DNA from: a candidate division FCPU426 bacterium
GTDB lineage: Bacteria > Oederibacteriota > Muellerivitia > Muellerivitales > Muellerivitaceae
DNA length: 64,000 bases
Reading direction: 5' to 3'
NCBI GenBank assembly: GCA_963738405.1
Contig: CAVTWJ010000023.1
Location: 256,001 to 320,000, forward strand
The translations under genes were made by a program, and so were the position numbers. Of the stretch, positions 19,010 to 28,152 are shown piece after piece. The notes beneath the pieces were generated by a model. That model was not told where the DNA came from. It did no database searches and saw only the letters and a program-made list of their open reading frames with translations. Within the stretch, counting starts at the first letter, position 1, and the number at the start of each line of letters is the position of its first letter.

Positions 19010-20146
19010 CTACTCACCCACAACCTCGGACAGGTAAACCAATTCGACGCCCTCTTCTTGAATTTTCGGAATGGCCTTCAAAAGGGTCGCCAGCGTCACG
19101 GCTTTGAAATGGCCGATGGCCACGGCATAACCCTGCTTTTTAGCCAGGTTCATGGCCTTCTCCAATTGCTTTCTAATCGCCCTGGGTTCCACCTCATCAT
19201 CCAAAAAAATATCCCTTTTGGCATGGGGTACTTTTAAAAGCCCAGCTTCCCTTTCCCCAACCGTTTTGGGAGAGGTTCTGGAATCGAGGAAGAAGAGACC
19301 TTTCTTTCCTAAGAAACCACAAACCTCATCCATCAATGCCTTGTTCTCGCTGGCCAAACTTCCCATGTGGTTGTTCAAACCCTCCGCACCCGGGAGCAGG
19401 TCAAAGGCCGCGGCGAGGTTGCTTGCCACAACTTCCGGGTCCATGCCTCTCTTGAGATATTCGGGATAGGCGCCCTTGGGGAATTTCTCATGTCCCTCCA
19501 TGGGCATGTGGCAAATGATTTCAACCCCGTGGCCGGGGGCTTCCTGCGCCAATTCTTTTCCGAACTCAGTGGATGGAATCAGGGCCATGGTTACCGGCAC
19601 CTTGAAGCCGTAGAGGTTATTCAAGGCTTCGCCCTTTTGGTATCCGCCGTCATCGATCACCAGGCTTAAACGGGGCTTGTGGGTCTGGAGGAAGGTGACC
19701 GTCATCGGGGTCCATTGGCCGTCATAGGCGAAAACGTAACTGTAGAAGGTAGCCTGGCCGTCCGGGGATTCCCCTGTTTCCGAGTGGCCCTCGAAGGCGC
19801 CCACAGATTCGGCGGCCTGCCTCAACTGATCCGCCAGCTGTTCGGGCGTATAGCGCCGGGGCAGGCGAAAGCTTTCTTGGTAGGTGGGAAGGGTTAAATC
19901 CTGGTAGGTGAAATCCCTTTGGAGGATTCCCCCTTCCCGCAGTTTCAGGATATCCAGGGAGCGAAGTTTTTCTTCCACGGCCTCGCGCAGGTTTTCGCCG
20001 TCCTGGGGGCTGCGCCGGACCACGGGGACGCTCTGGGGTTTCAGGCTGGTTTCTCGCTCCTGCCTCCAGGAATAATAAAGGGCCAAACCGATCAACCCCA
20101 AGCCCAAACCGATTAGGATCTTGGGAACCAGCCCCATCTTATTCAT
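19010..20146 (-). CDS. Divergent polysaccharide deacetylase (YibQ-like), membrane anchored
   Basis: LVIDDGG, HMPME, NNHMGS, FLDSRT, RDIFLDD, AIGH. Confidence 0.92.
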   Translation of the reverse strand: MNKMGLVPKILIGLGLGLIGLALYYSWRQERETSLKPQSVPVVRRSPQDGENLREAVEEKLRSLDILKLREGGILQRDFTYQDLTLPTYQESFRLPRRYTPEQLADQLRQAAESVGAFEGHSETGESPDGQATFYSYVFAYDGQWTPMTVTFLQTHKPRLSLVIDDGGYQKGEALNNLYGFKVPVTMALIPSTEFGKELAQEAPGHGVEIICHMPMEGHEKFPKGAYPEYLKRGMDPEVVASNLAAAFDLLPGAEGLNNHMGSLASENKALMDEVCGFLGKKGLFFLDSRTSPKTVGEREAGLLKVPHAKRDIFLDDEVEPRAIRKQLEKAMNLAKKQGYAVAIGHFKAVTLATLLKAIPKIQEEGVELVYLSEVVGE

Positions 20147-20168
20147 GCCGACGGACCCCGTTTTAAAA

Positions 20169-21722
20169 CTACTCTTTATCCTTCAATTTGTTCCGCTCTT
20201 CCTCAAGTTTCTTTTCACCGGCCTTTTCGTTGGGCTCGGCTTTCTTGGGATACTGGGCGAAAAGGGCTTTGCTGATCTTGCCGCCGTCATTAATAATTTG
20301 TTCGGCGACCAGAACTTGGCTATCGTCCACCACCGCTTCCTGGCGGGCATCTTTTTCACCCAGTTTGGCGCGGACCAATTCAACCTTCAGGCTGGTCTTC
20401 AGGTACTTTTCATCTTTTTTCAATTCGACTTTGTCGATCTTCTTCCCGTTTTTGACGCAGTAGTCGTAAAAACCATCCATCGTCGCGGGCGTAAGGGTCA
20501 TCCCCGCGGTGACGTCCATTCCGCCATCGATAAACTGCTTGGCGTATTTTTCCGCCAACTGCTGGCTGTAAACCTTGATGGTGGACTCGGAGGCGTCGGG
20601 CTCCTTCAGATTCAAGTCCGGATCGATGCCGATGCCGTGGATGCAGACTCCCGAAGGCGTGTAGTACTTGGCCATCGTCAGGCGCAGAGCCGCCCCGTCG
20701 CTGTTATCCAAGGGCAGAATGGTTTGGACCGAGCCCTTCCCGAAGGACTTGGACCCGATCAGTACGGCTCTTTTCCAGTCTTTCAACGCCCCCGCCACGA
20801 TCTCAGCACCCGAGGCGCTTCCCTCGTTGATCATGGCCACAACGGGCAATTTGGAATCGAACTTTTCATCGTCCTGGGCCTTGAAAAGCTGGTTCTGGTT
20901 CTCGCTTCGGCCCTTGGTGGAAACGATCGTATCCCCCGGATGGCCGAAATAATTGGAAACCCCAACCGCCTCGTTTAACAGGCCTCCCGGGTCGTTGCGC
21001 AGGTCCACGATCAGCCCCTTGAGGGGTTTATCTTTCTCTAAGTCCTTCACAGCGGCCACGAAATCGTCGGTGGTGTTGTCGATGAATTCTGAAATCCGAA
21101 CATAGCCGATGGCGCCGGGCAAGCGGTAAGAATGGATGCTCTCGATTTTGATGGCTTCCCGGACCAGAGTCACGTCAAAGGGTTCGGTGAGGCTTCCCCG
21201 CAGGATGGAAATGGTGACCTTGGTGCCGATTTGCCCCCGAAGGCGCTTCACGGCGTCGTTAATGCCCATCCCGTCCGTTTTATCGTCGCCGATCTTCACG
21301 ATCTCGTCCCCGGCCTTGATCCCGGCCTTGTCCGCGGGGGTTCCCTCGATCGGAGAAATCACCGTCAAGTGTTCGTCCTTAACCGCGATCTCGATTCCCA
21401 ATCCTCCGAAAGAGCCGGAGGTCTCGGTCTGCATTTCCTTGTAATCCTCGGGGGGCATGAACTGGCTGAAGGGGTCCAGGGTGTTCACCATGCCTTGGAT
21501 GGCCCCATAAATGAGGTCCTTGGGATTGGTCTTGTCCACATCCACATACTTCTCTCGGATGATGGTCAAGGCGTCCACGAAAGGATTGAGGTACTTATAG
21601 ACATCTTCCGAGGTGTCTTTGGGCTTGCCGGAAGACTGGGCCATGGCTCCCGCGGCAAAGCTTAATCCCGATAAAAGCATAATCAGGGCGGCGATGGTAT
21701 AGAGACTGGGGCGGCGGTTCAT
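20169..21722 (-). CDS. S41 carboxy-terminal processing protease with PDZ domain
   Basis: LDPFS, FGGLGI, DLRNDPGG, SASGAE, SFGKGSVQ, YYTPSG. Confidence 0.95.
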   Translation of the reverse strand: MNRRPSLYTIAALIMLLSGLSFAAGAMAQSSGKPKDTSEDVYKYLNPFVDALTIIREKYVDVDKTNPKDLIYGAIQGMVNTLDPFSQFMPPEDYKEMQTETSGSFGGLGIEIAVKDEHLTVISPIEGTPADKAGIKAGDEIVKIGDDKTDGMGINDAVKRLRGQIGTKVTISILRGSLTEPFDVTLVREAIKIESIHSYRLPGAIGYVRISEFIDNTTDDFVAAVKDLEKDKPLKGLIVDLRNDPGGLLNEAVGVSNYFGHPGDTIVSTKGRSENQNQLFKAQDDEKFDSKLPVVAMINEGSASGAEIVAGALKDWKRAVLIGSKSFGKGSVQTILPLDNSDGAALRLTMAKYYTPSGVCIHGIGIDPDLNLKEPDASESTIKVYSQQLAEKYAKQFIDGGMDVTAGMTLTPATMDGFYDYCVKNGKKIDKVELKKDEKYLKTSLKVELVRAKLGEKDARQEAVVDDSQVLVAEQIINDGGKISKALFAQYPKKAEPNEKAGEKKLEEERNKLKDKE

Positions 21723-21819
21723 GCAATCCTCCGAAATGGGTTATCAATTTCAAATGTCACGGTAAAAACAACAGGCGGGGAAACCAAGAAAGACACCCTT
21801 GAGCCTAAAGGATGTCTTG

Positions 21820-23073
21820 TTAACGCTGGCGCTTCAGCCAGCGTACCGGATCCTGGGGAATGCCGTTTTGGCGGATCTCGAAATAAAGACTGCTTCCCCA
21901 CTGGTCGGCGTAAAGCGAGCCGGTGTCTCCCACGGTACCCAAGATCTGCCCCTGGGCGACCTCCGTGCCTTCGGCCACACTGAGTTCGGCGGCCTGAGCG
22001 TAGAGGGAATAATACCCTTTGCCATGGTCCAAAATCACCAGTTTTCCATAGCCTTTGAACCAGTCGGCGTAACGGACCTTGCCTTTCGCCACCGCCCGAA
22101 AGGGCGTTCCTTGGGCGGCGGCGATCTGGATGCCGGTATTTTCAACCATTTCGTTGAATTCTTTATTCCGGGTTTTCCCGAAGGCCATCATGATCTTTCC
22201 CGACACGGGCCAGGGAATCCTGCCCCGAACCACCTTCAAACCCGATCCTGCCGCCGGCTGGTGGTCCGCGGCTTCCACCTGGGTGGCCGTTTGGGCCTGG
22301 CTTAACAACAGGGAAACCTTTTGCTGCAGCTCACCCGCCGCGTCATTAAGTTCCGCCAACAGCTGTTCCTGGCTTTCCTTTTGACGCTTCAAGGAGTCCA
22401 AAAACACCGCGCGGTTCTTTTTTTTGCGTTCGAACTCCAGTTCCTTCTTTTCCTGAACCGTGAGGATCTTTTCCTTGCGCTGCTCTTCTCCCACCCATTC
22501 GGACGAGGCGTTTTCCAAGGCCTGTTCGTTTTCCAAGGTCTTATCCATCAGCCTTTCGTTGCTCAGGGCCAGGAGGGTCTCAAACTTGAGTTTTCGGGAC
22601 AAATCGGAGGGGTTTTCGCTGGAGAGCACGCCCCCCAGCAGGGGCTGGCGGAAGGACATTCGGTAAAGGTCCCGGAGCCGTTGTTGAAGAAGGGTCCGGT
22701 CCTGCTGAAGTAAAAGACTGTTTTGAACCTTGTTGGACTGGAGCCGGTCCAGCCGGTCTCGGGTTTCATCCAGCTCTTCCTTGTTGGCTTCCTTTTCCCG
22801 GCGCAATTTCCCAAGGGCCTGGTCCACCTGCTGGAGATGGGAAAGGACGTTTTTCTCCTTGGCCTCGGTTTGCTTTTTTATTTTTTTATGCTCGGCGATT
22901 TGTTTTTGAATTTCGGCGAGGTTTTTTTTGTTCTGGTGAAGATCATGTTTAAGGGTCTTCAGGTCGGCGGGGGTGAAGGCGGGTGCGGGATTATCGGAAG
23001 CGGGCGCATCCTGGGCGAGGGACGGTGAAACAACCGCTAAAAATGCCGCAAGCAGGAAAAACCGTAAAGACAA
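21820..23073 (-). CDS. envC: Murein hydrolase activator EnvC family (coiled coil + degenerate M23)
   Basis: In-frame TTG 23073 gives the signal peptide MSLRFFLLAAFLAVVSPSLA; long coiled coil; WPVSG, GYGKLVILDHG, LYFEIR; follows ftsEX. Confidence 0.85.
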   Translation of the reverse strand: MSLRFFLLAAFLAVVSPSLAQDAPASDNPAPAFTPADLKTLKHDLHQNKKNLAEIQKQIAEHKKIKKQTEAKEKNVLSHLQQVDQALGKLRREKEANKEELDETRDRLDRLQSNKVQNSLLLQQDRTLLQQRLRDLYRMSFRQPLLGGVLSSENPSDLSRKLKFETLLALSNERLMDKTLENEQALENASSEWVGEEQRKEKILTVQEKKELEFERKKKNRAVFLDSLKRQKESQEQLLAELNDAAGELQQKVSLLLSQAQTATQVEAADHQPAAGSGLKVVRGRIPWPVSGKIMMAFGKTRNKEFNEMVENTGIQIAAAQGTPFRAVAKGKVRYADWFKGYGKLVILDHGKGYYSLYAQAAELSVAEGTEVAQGQILGTVGDTGSLYADQWGSSLYFEIRQNGIPQDPVRWLKRQR

Positions 23074-23078
23074 TTTTT

Positions 23079-23171
23079 CACCACCAAGGCACCAAGGCAC
23101 CAAGTAATTTCTAAGTTTTAAATCCAAATCTTTGATTTTGCTTTCCTTGGAGTCTTGGTGTCTTGGTGGTG
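23079..23171. repeat. CACCAAG hairpin element, copy 3
   Basis: Arms 23079-23104 and 23146-23171, ~41-nt spacer. Confidence 0.92.
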
Positions 23172-23188
23172 AATCATTTGAATTTCCT

Positions 23189-24091
23189 TTAATGCAGTTC
23201 CCGGACCCATTTCTTTTGAACGGCCCATAGGGCCCCAGCCAAACCCAGCAAGCCGCCCAGGAGGATGAGGGTCAAGTAAAGGCTCCACCAGTTGATATCC
23301 GGAAGATTAAGGAAAATCTCCGCCCCTCCCGACTTGGGGAGTGCCCAGCTCAGGACACTTTTGAAAACTTCCAGAACCAAGATGCCGCCCCCGGCCCCCA
23401 GAAGGCCTTTGAGCGTTCCTTCCCATAGATAGGGACCCCATCGCATCCAGGCGGGCGCTCCCAAGCGGGAAAGCAAAACCCATTCTTCTCTTCTGGCCCA
23501 AAGGGCCAGGGTGAGGGCGTTGGAAACAATGAAAAGCGCGGTGATGAAAACAAAACTACCCAGGAACCAGCCGACCCATCGCGCCAGACGGCTCAAGTTG
23601 GATACTGTCTCCCATTCTCCCTTTCCATAATCGACCTCCTCGACCGACGGATCTTTTTTCAAGTCCTCGGCCAGATCGTCGATCTTGTCGGATACGTCTT
23701 TTTTCAGGATGACGCTGAGGGTATCGGTCAGGGGGTTCTCGCCCAGGGCCTGAACCATGCGGTCCACATCCGGGTCCTTCCTGAAATCCTTCAAGGCCTC
23801 GTCCTTACCTATGATCCGAACCGAGGCCACCCGTGGGTCGTTGGTGAGACGGGTTTGGAGGCGTTGGATGTCCACCGGCCCTGTGGCCGGGGCCAAGAAA
23901 ACCGCCATCTCAAATTTTTGACGGGCTGAAAGCAGGGCGTTGTCTAAAACTCTCGAAAGACCGAGGAAAACCGAAAGCTGGATAATCGCCGCGCCCACGA
24001 TAACCACCACAGCCATCGAAAGGCCAGGAAACCGGATCATGTTGTTCAAACCTTCTTTGAATACGTAAACCAGTTTTTGGAAAGGGTTCAT
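23189..24091 (-). CDS. ftsX: Cell division permease-like protein
   Basis: TM helix, periplasmic ENPL loop, three C-terminal TMs; ATGA overlap with the ftsE stop. Confidence 0.88.
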   Translation of the reverse strand: MNPFQKLVYVFKEGLNNMIRFPGLSMAVVVIVGAAIIQLSVFLGLSRVLDNALLSARQKFEMAVFLAPATGPVDIQRLQTRLTNDPRVASVRIIGKDEALKDFRKDPDVDRMVQALGENPLTDTLSVILKKDVSDKIDDLAEDLKKDPSVEEVDYGKGEWETVSNLSRLARWVGWFLGSFVFITALFIVSNALTLALWARREEWVLLSRLGAPAWMRWGPYLWEGTLKGLLGAGGGILVLEVFKSVLSWALPKSGGAEIFLNLPDINWWSLYLTLILLGGLLGLAGALWAVQKKWVRELH

Positions 24092-24783
24092 GCCGCTGGT
24101 CCTTCCCAAGGAACCAGCTTCCCATCCGTCAACCGGTGCCAATGGATAAATCCCCTCAAGACAGGAAGTTCTTGCTCGGCCTCAGAAAAGGCATGTCGGG
24201 ATGTCAAAACTACAGTGGCCCCGGTCTTTCGTAATTCCCCCAACAGACGCAGCACCACAAGGGCGGCATGGGGGTCTAGGCCTTGTAGAGGCTCATCGGC
24301 TAAATAGAGCTTGGGACGGAAGATCATGGCTCTTAAGCAAAGAACCATCCTCTGCTGGCCTGCGGAAAGGTCGGCGGGTTTGGCGTCTTTTTTCTCTGCT
24401 AATCCCGCGTGTTCCAAGAGCTTAAGGATGGCGTCCTTCTGCCCCTCGGGATGGATGCCCTTGAGTTGAAGGGTAAAGAGGATGTTTTCTTCCACCGTTC
24501 TGTCGGGGAAGAGGGTGAGGTCCGAAAAAACCATCCCCACCTCATTGAGCCATGCCTTTTTTTCGGAAGAAGAAAAGGAAAAGGGGTCCCCAGGGCCAAC
24601 TTTTAAAACACCGGATGTGGGTTTTTCCTCACCTGCCAGGATTTTTAAAAAGGTGCTTTTACCGCTGTTGTTTTCGCCAAGAATGACGTTGAAGGAAGCT
24701 TCGGGGAACGAAAAGAAGGCGTCGTCGAGCACCTTGGCGCCCGATGGATGGACCTTGGTGAGGTGGAAAGCCTGGATAATCAT
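24088..24783 (-). CDS. ftsE: FtsE-like ABC ATPase with atypical motifs
   Basis: GENNSGKST, LSAGQQR, LADEP; coupled to ftsX. Confidence 0.78.
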   Translation of the reverse strand: MIIQAFHLTKVHPSGAKVLDDAFFSFPEASFNVILGENNSGKSTFLKILAGEEKPTSGVLKVGPGDPFSFSSSEKKAWLNEVGMVFSDLTLFPDRTVEENILFTLQLKGIHPEGQKDAILKLLEHAGLAEKKDAKPADLSAGQQRMVLCLRAMIFRPKLYLADEPLQGLDPHAALVVLRLLGELRKTGATVVLTSRHAFSEAEQELPVLRGFIHWHRLTDGKLVPWEGPAA

Positions 24784-24853
24784 ATTAAAGATTAAATTAC
24801 GGCAGTAGCGCCGGAGGCGCAAGGAAAAACCCGGACGACCTACAAACCTTTTT

Positions 24854-24962
24854 CACCGCCAAGACGCTAAGACGCCAAGAAAATCTTAAAAAAGATTTGG
24901 ACTTACACCGTTTTTCCCAACTTGTCTAACGTAGTTCTTGGTGACTTGGTGTCTTGGTGGTG
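24854..24962. repeat. CACCAAG hairpin element, copy 4
   Basis: Arms 24854-24881 and 24935-24962, 53-nt spacer. Confidence 0.92.
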
Positions 24963-24997
24963 AAAACTTTGAGTTTTTCAGAAGTTATAGGTTTTGA

Positions 24998-25897
24998 TTA
25001 CCGGTAATCTTCCGGCTTGGCGGGTTCGGTATGAACGAACACCTCATCCACTCCCGAAATGGACTTCTTCACCGTCGCGATCACCTGATGGGTGAGGGCG
25101 TGGGATTGTTGAATCGTCATGGCGGGGTCCACCTGAATATGCAGGTCCACATGGATATGGCCTGGCATACCGTGGCTTCGAATCTTGTGGCAGGCCAGGA
25201 TGCCGGGAACTGACCGGGCCGCCGCCACCACCTGGGCGGGATCAAGCATGATCCGGTCCGAAAGAACGTTGAGGGATTGGTTAACGATATGAAAAGCCGC
25301 CCGGGCCACGATCACCACCACAATCAAAGAAGCCAGCCAATCTACCCAGGCAAAACCAAAATGGGCCCCGGCGAGAGCAACGAAAACCGCAGCGCAGGAA
25401 AGGGTGTCTGTCCCTGTGTGGGCGCTATCAGCTAAAAGAAGCGAACTGCCCAAAGACTTTGCTTTTTTCGCCTCGAACCATGAAATCCATGCGCTGATCG
25501 CCATGGCACAGCCCATCACCACAAAGGAAAGAATATTGGGATCGGGGGGGGGAGTATGGGAGAAAAAATGGCCCACGGCCCTTTCCAGAATCTCCACGCA
25601 GGCCACGCCCATCAGGATGGCGATGACCAGGGAGGCTACCACCTCAAACTTTTGATGGCCATAGGGGTGGTCCTCGTCGGCGGGCTTGGAAGCCACCGAC
25701 ACGCTGAGAAGCCCCACCACATTGGCCGCCGCATCCAGGAGCGAGTGGACCCCGTCCGCCACCATGGAAAGCGAGTTCACGGCGATGCCTACCGCGATTT
25801 TCCCGAAAGAAACCAAAAGATTGGAAACCAACGTAATCCCAAGAACTTTTAATACTTCGCGGTAAGGGGGAGCGGCTGGGGCGAGAGATGAGTTCAT
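24998..25897 (-). CDS. Cation diffusion facilitator transporter (FieF-like)
   Basis: ADGVHSLLD, DHPYGHQKFE, ADSAHTGTD, VHTEP. Confidence 0.95.
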   Translation of the reverse strand: MNSSLAPAAPPYREVLKVLGITLVSNLLVSFGKIAVGIAVNSLSMVADGVHSLLDAAANVVGLLSVSVASKPADEDHPYGHQKFEVVASLVIAILMGVACVEILERAVGHFFSHTPPPDPNILSFVVMGCAMAISAWISWFEAKKAKSLGSSLLLADSAHTGTDTLSCAAVFVALAGAHFGFAWVDWLASLIVVVIVARAAFHIVNQSLNVLSDRIMLDPAQVVAAARSVPGILACHKIRSHGMPGHIHVDLHIQVDPAMTIQQSHALTHQVIATVKKSISGVDEVFVHTEPAKPEDYR

Positions 25898-26074
25898 GTA
25901 TTCATTTTACCGGCTACCCGGGACTCCCCAAGGGAAAAGGAGAAAAACAAAAATGAATATTCAGGTATTTGTTGAAAGAATATCCCAGCACACATAAAAC
26001 TCTTCAAGAGGCAAAAAACGGGGATTAACTTTCATTTCGAACGTTAGGTGTTTGGAAAATGTCATGATCCCGCA

Positions 26075-27112
26075 TCAGGGCATCGCTTGATCGGGCGAAT
26101 CAATCTTCGTAACAGTCTTTCCGTCTAGTGAGAAAGCCCTTAATTCAACTGTCATGACTGTTTTTGTATCACCTAAAACACTGGTGTAGCTTTTTGTCCC
26201 TATAACTCTTACACCGACATATACATTTTGATTGTCGACAGCATCAAATTTTGCTGCATTGGTCAAATAGAACGTTCTTTGAAAACCATCTCCAGGTTCA
26301 AAAGAAATGAGGTATTCCGAATCGTTCACTTTTTGGAGAATCTTTACCATCCCAACTACTTTTTTGCCGACTAAATTTGTCCCCTGGGTGCAAAGATCAA
26401 GAAAATCATATCGTTTATCTGACGGATTTGGAGTGGGGGGTGGATACCAAACATTGGTTTCGTTAGGAGACACGACATTTAATTTTATAAAATCTTTGGA
26501 TTTATCCCCGTCTTGATATTCGAAAAATCCATTTACCATTACAACAGCGTTCACCATCTCCCCTTCCTTCAAATCGCGGAATATAGAAGAACCACTTTCG
26601 CTCGTTAAACAATAAATATTAGATTTATCGTCCCCAAATATACCGCCTAAATCAATTTGACCTGGTTGAGAATATTTCCACTTTTCATTTTCCGGAATAG
26701 GAAGTTTTACTAAATATGAATTTTTATCAACTTTTTTAAAAAGTTTAAATTCTTCAAAAAACGCACTCCCTTTTTCCGGGTTGTTTCCTTTGCCCCATAA
26801 CGTTCCAAATCCATATACGTTGTAAATTGTTTTTACAGACTGATTTTTATCAACCATTTCCAAGTTTAAGATTTTGTTGGCTCCAAAATACTTTAAATAA
26901 CTCCTCTTTTGATTCGAGGAAAGAACCATTCCCTCGCCTCCACTTAAACCATAGTTACAACCGAAACAATACATTTGAAAAGGCGGTTCCAACTGTGGGT
27001 CATTGAGGTTTGTGGATTCCAATATCAAAAAAGGTTCAGGCGTTGGAGTTGGAAGTTGCGCCGAAACATTTGACCCAATAAGAAGCAGCAATATCCAAAT
27101 CAAACTTTTCAT
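26075..27112 (-). CDS. Exported hypothetical protein, possibly two OB-fold-like repeats
   Basis: Signal peptide MKSLIWILLLLIGSNVSA; PTPTP and PPPTPNP linkers; ATGA overlap with the upstream gene. Confidence 0.65.
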   Translation of the reverse strand: MKSLIWILLLLIGSNVSAQLPTPTPEPFLILESTNLNDPQLEPPFQMYCFGCNYGLSGGEGMVLSSNQKRSYLKYFGANKILNLEMVDKNQSVKTIYNVYGFGTLWGKGNNPEKGSAFFEEFKLFKKVDKNSYLVKLPIPENEKWKYSQPGQIDLGGIFGDDKSNIYCLTSESGSSIFRDLKEGEMVNAVVMVNGFFEYQDGDKSKDFIKLNVVSPNETNVWYPPPTPNPSDKRYDFLDLCTQGTNLVGKKVVGMVKILQKVNDSEYLISFEPGDGFQRTFYLTNAAKFDAVDNQNVYVGVRVIGTKSYTSVLGDTKTVMTVELRAFSLDGKTVTKIDSPDQAMP

Positions 27113-27879
27113 TCCGCCTCCTTTTTTATCCAATCGCCAATAGCCTTTTTGATTTTATTAGTAATTCCATGACTTCGCTGAATATTGTGGTTAAACCCAA
27201 GAACAAGTAAATCTCGGTTCAATTCAACTCCAGATATTTTTTTAATGATTCCCTTATAAGAGCGGCCTACTCCACCTTTTCTGGCAAGGAACCAATCAGG
27301 CATTATTTTTTCTTTAAAATCCACATCGAATACCTTTTTTAATACTCTTACAACACCATTCCCGTTGATTATTAAAAGTCGAATTGGAGATTCGCGGAGA
27401 AGTATTCCAAGCGTGTCTTTGCATGTTTCTAAAAGCAGTTTTTGTTGTTCAGCGTTGAGCTTAGACCATTTACATTCCGTCGCATAGGGAACCAGGTCCA
27501 AATGACAGGCTTGATTTGTTTTATCGAAATAGGAACTTTTGGTCCCTTTGATCAATTCATCCAATGGATTGAACCATTGTACATATGGATTTCCGAAGAA
27601 ATATTTTCGACATGAGTCTTGAATTAATTGTAAATGTTTTTCTTTTATCGCTTCCCAATTGATAATTCCAAGCGATTTCAAGGTGTGAAAACGCCTTTCT
27701 CGTCCATCGAGCTCTTTTTTATTTTTAACAAACTCAAGATTACTAGGATTCAATCCAAGAGTAGCAACCTTAGATTGCGTATGATCTCCAAAGGAAATAA
27801 CCGGAGCAGCCCAAGAAAATATATTTGCTTTTGATAGTCTTGGAATACTTTCAATCAGATTTAATAAGATTTTGCTCAT
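27109..27879 (-). CDS. Hypothetical protein, possibly uracil-DNA-glycosylase superfamily
   Basis: PVISFGD...VATLGLNPS resembles UDG motif A; HLDLVPYAT; LIINGNG; late GFNHN; AT-rich; start uncertain. Confidence 0.55.
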   Translation of the reverse strand: MSKILLNLIESIPRLSKANIFSWAAPVISFGDHTQSKVATLGLNPSNLEFVKNKKELDGRERRFHTLKSLGIINWEAIKEKHLQLIQDSCRKYFFGNPYVQWFNPLDELIKGTKSSYFDKTNQACHLDLVPYATECKWSKLNAEQQKLLLETCKDTLGILLRESPIRLLIINGNGVVRVLKKVFDVDFKEKIMPDWFLARKGGVGRSYKGIIKKISGVELNRDLLVLGFNHNIQRSHGITNKIKKAIGDWIKKEAE

Positions 27880-28152
27880 TGTTTTTCGAATTATAGTTTT
27901 ATTGTTCGCAATTGATCCCCGTCCTGGACAACCCATTTCAAACAACATTATCGCGCCCGGACACCCATCCACCTTATCAAACTTTTGCACTTTTTTTGTC
28001 AGGCTCGCATACAGATAAACCCATTTTTTTAATTGCCTCTAATAAGGGTCTGAATTATTTTCGGGTTATATCAAACAGCCAATAAGCCGTTGGCTTTCAT
28101 TTAGCTCAAGGCCAATAGCTAAAATCCAATGGCTGTTATTTGGAGGTTCAAT

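Noticed and set aside
20121..20978. 285-aa plus-strand ORF
   Set aside because: Antisense shadow of the S41 protease with no motif.
28073..28137. Short palindromes (AACAGCCA/TGGCTGTT, TTTAGCT/AGCTAAA) upstream of the parB-like gene
   Set aside because: Stems are short and in AT-rich DNA; insufficient to call a regulatory RNA.
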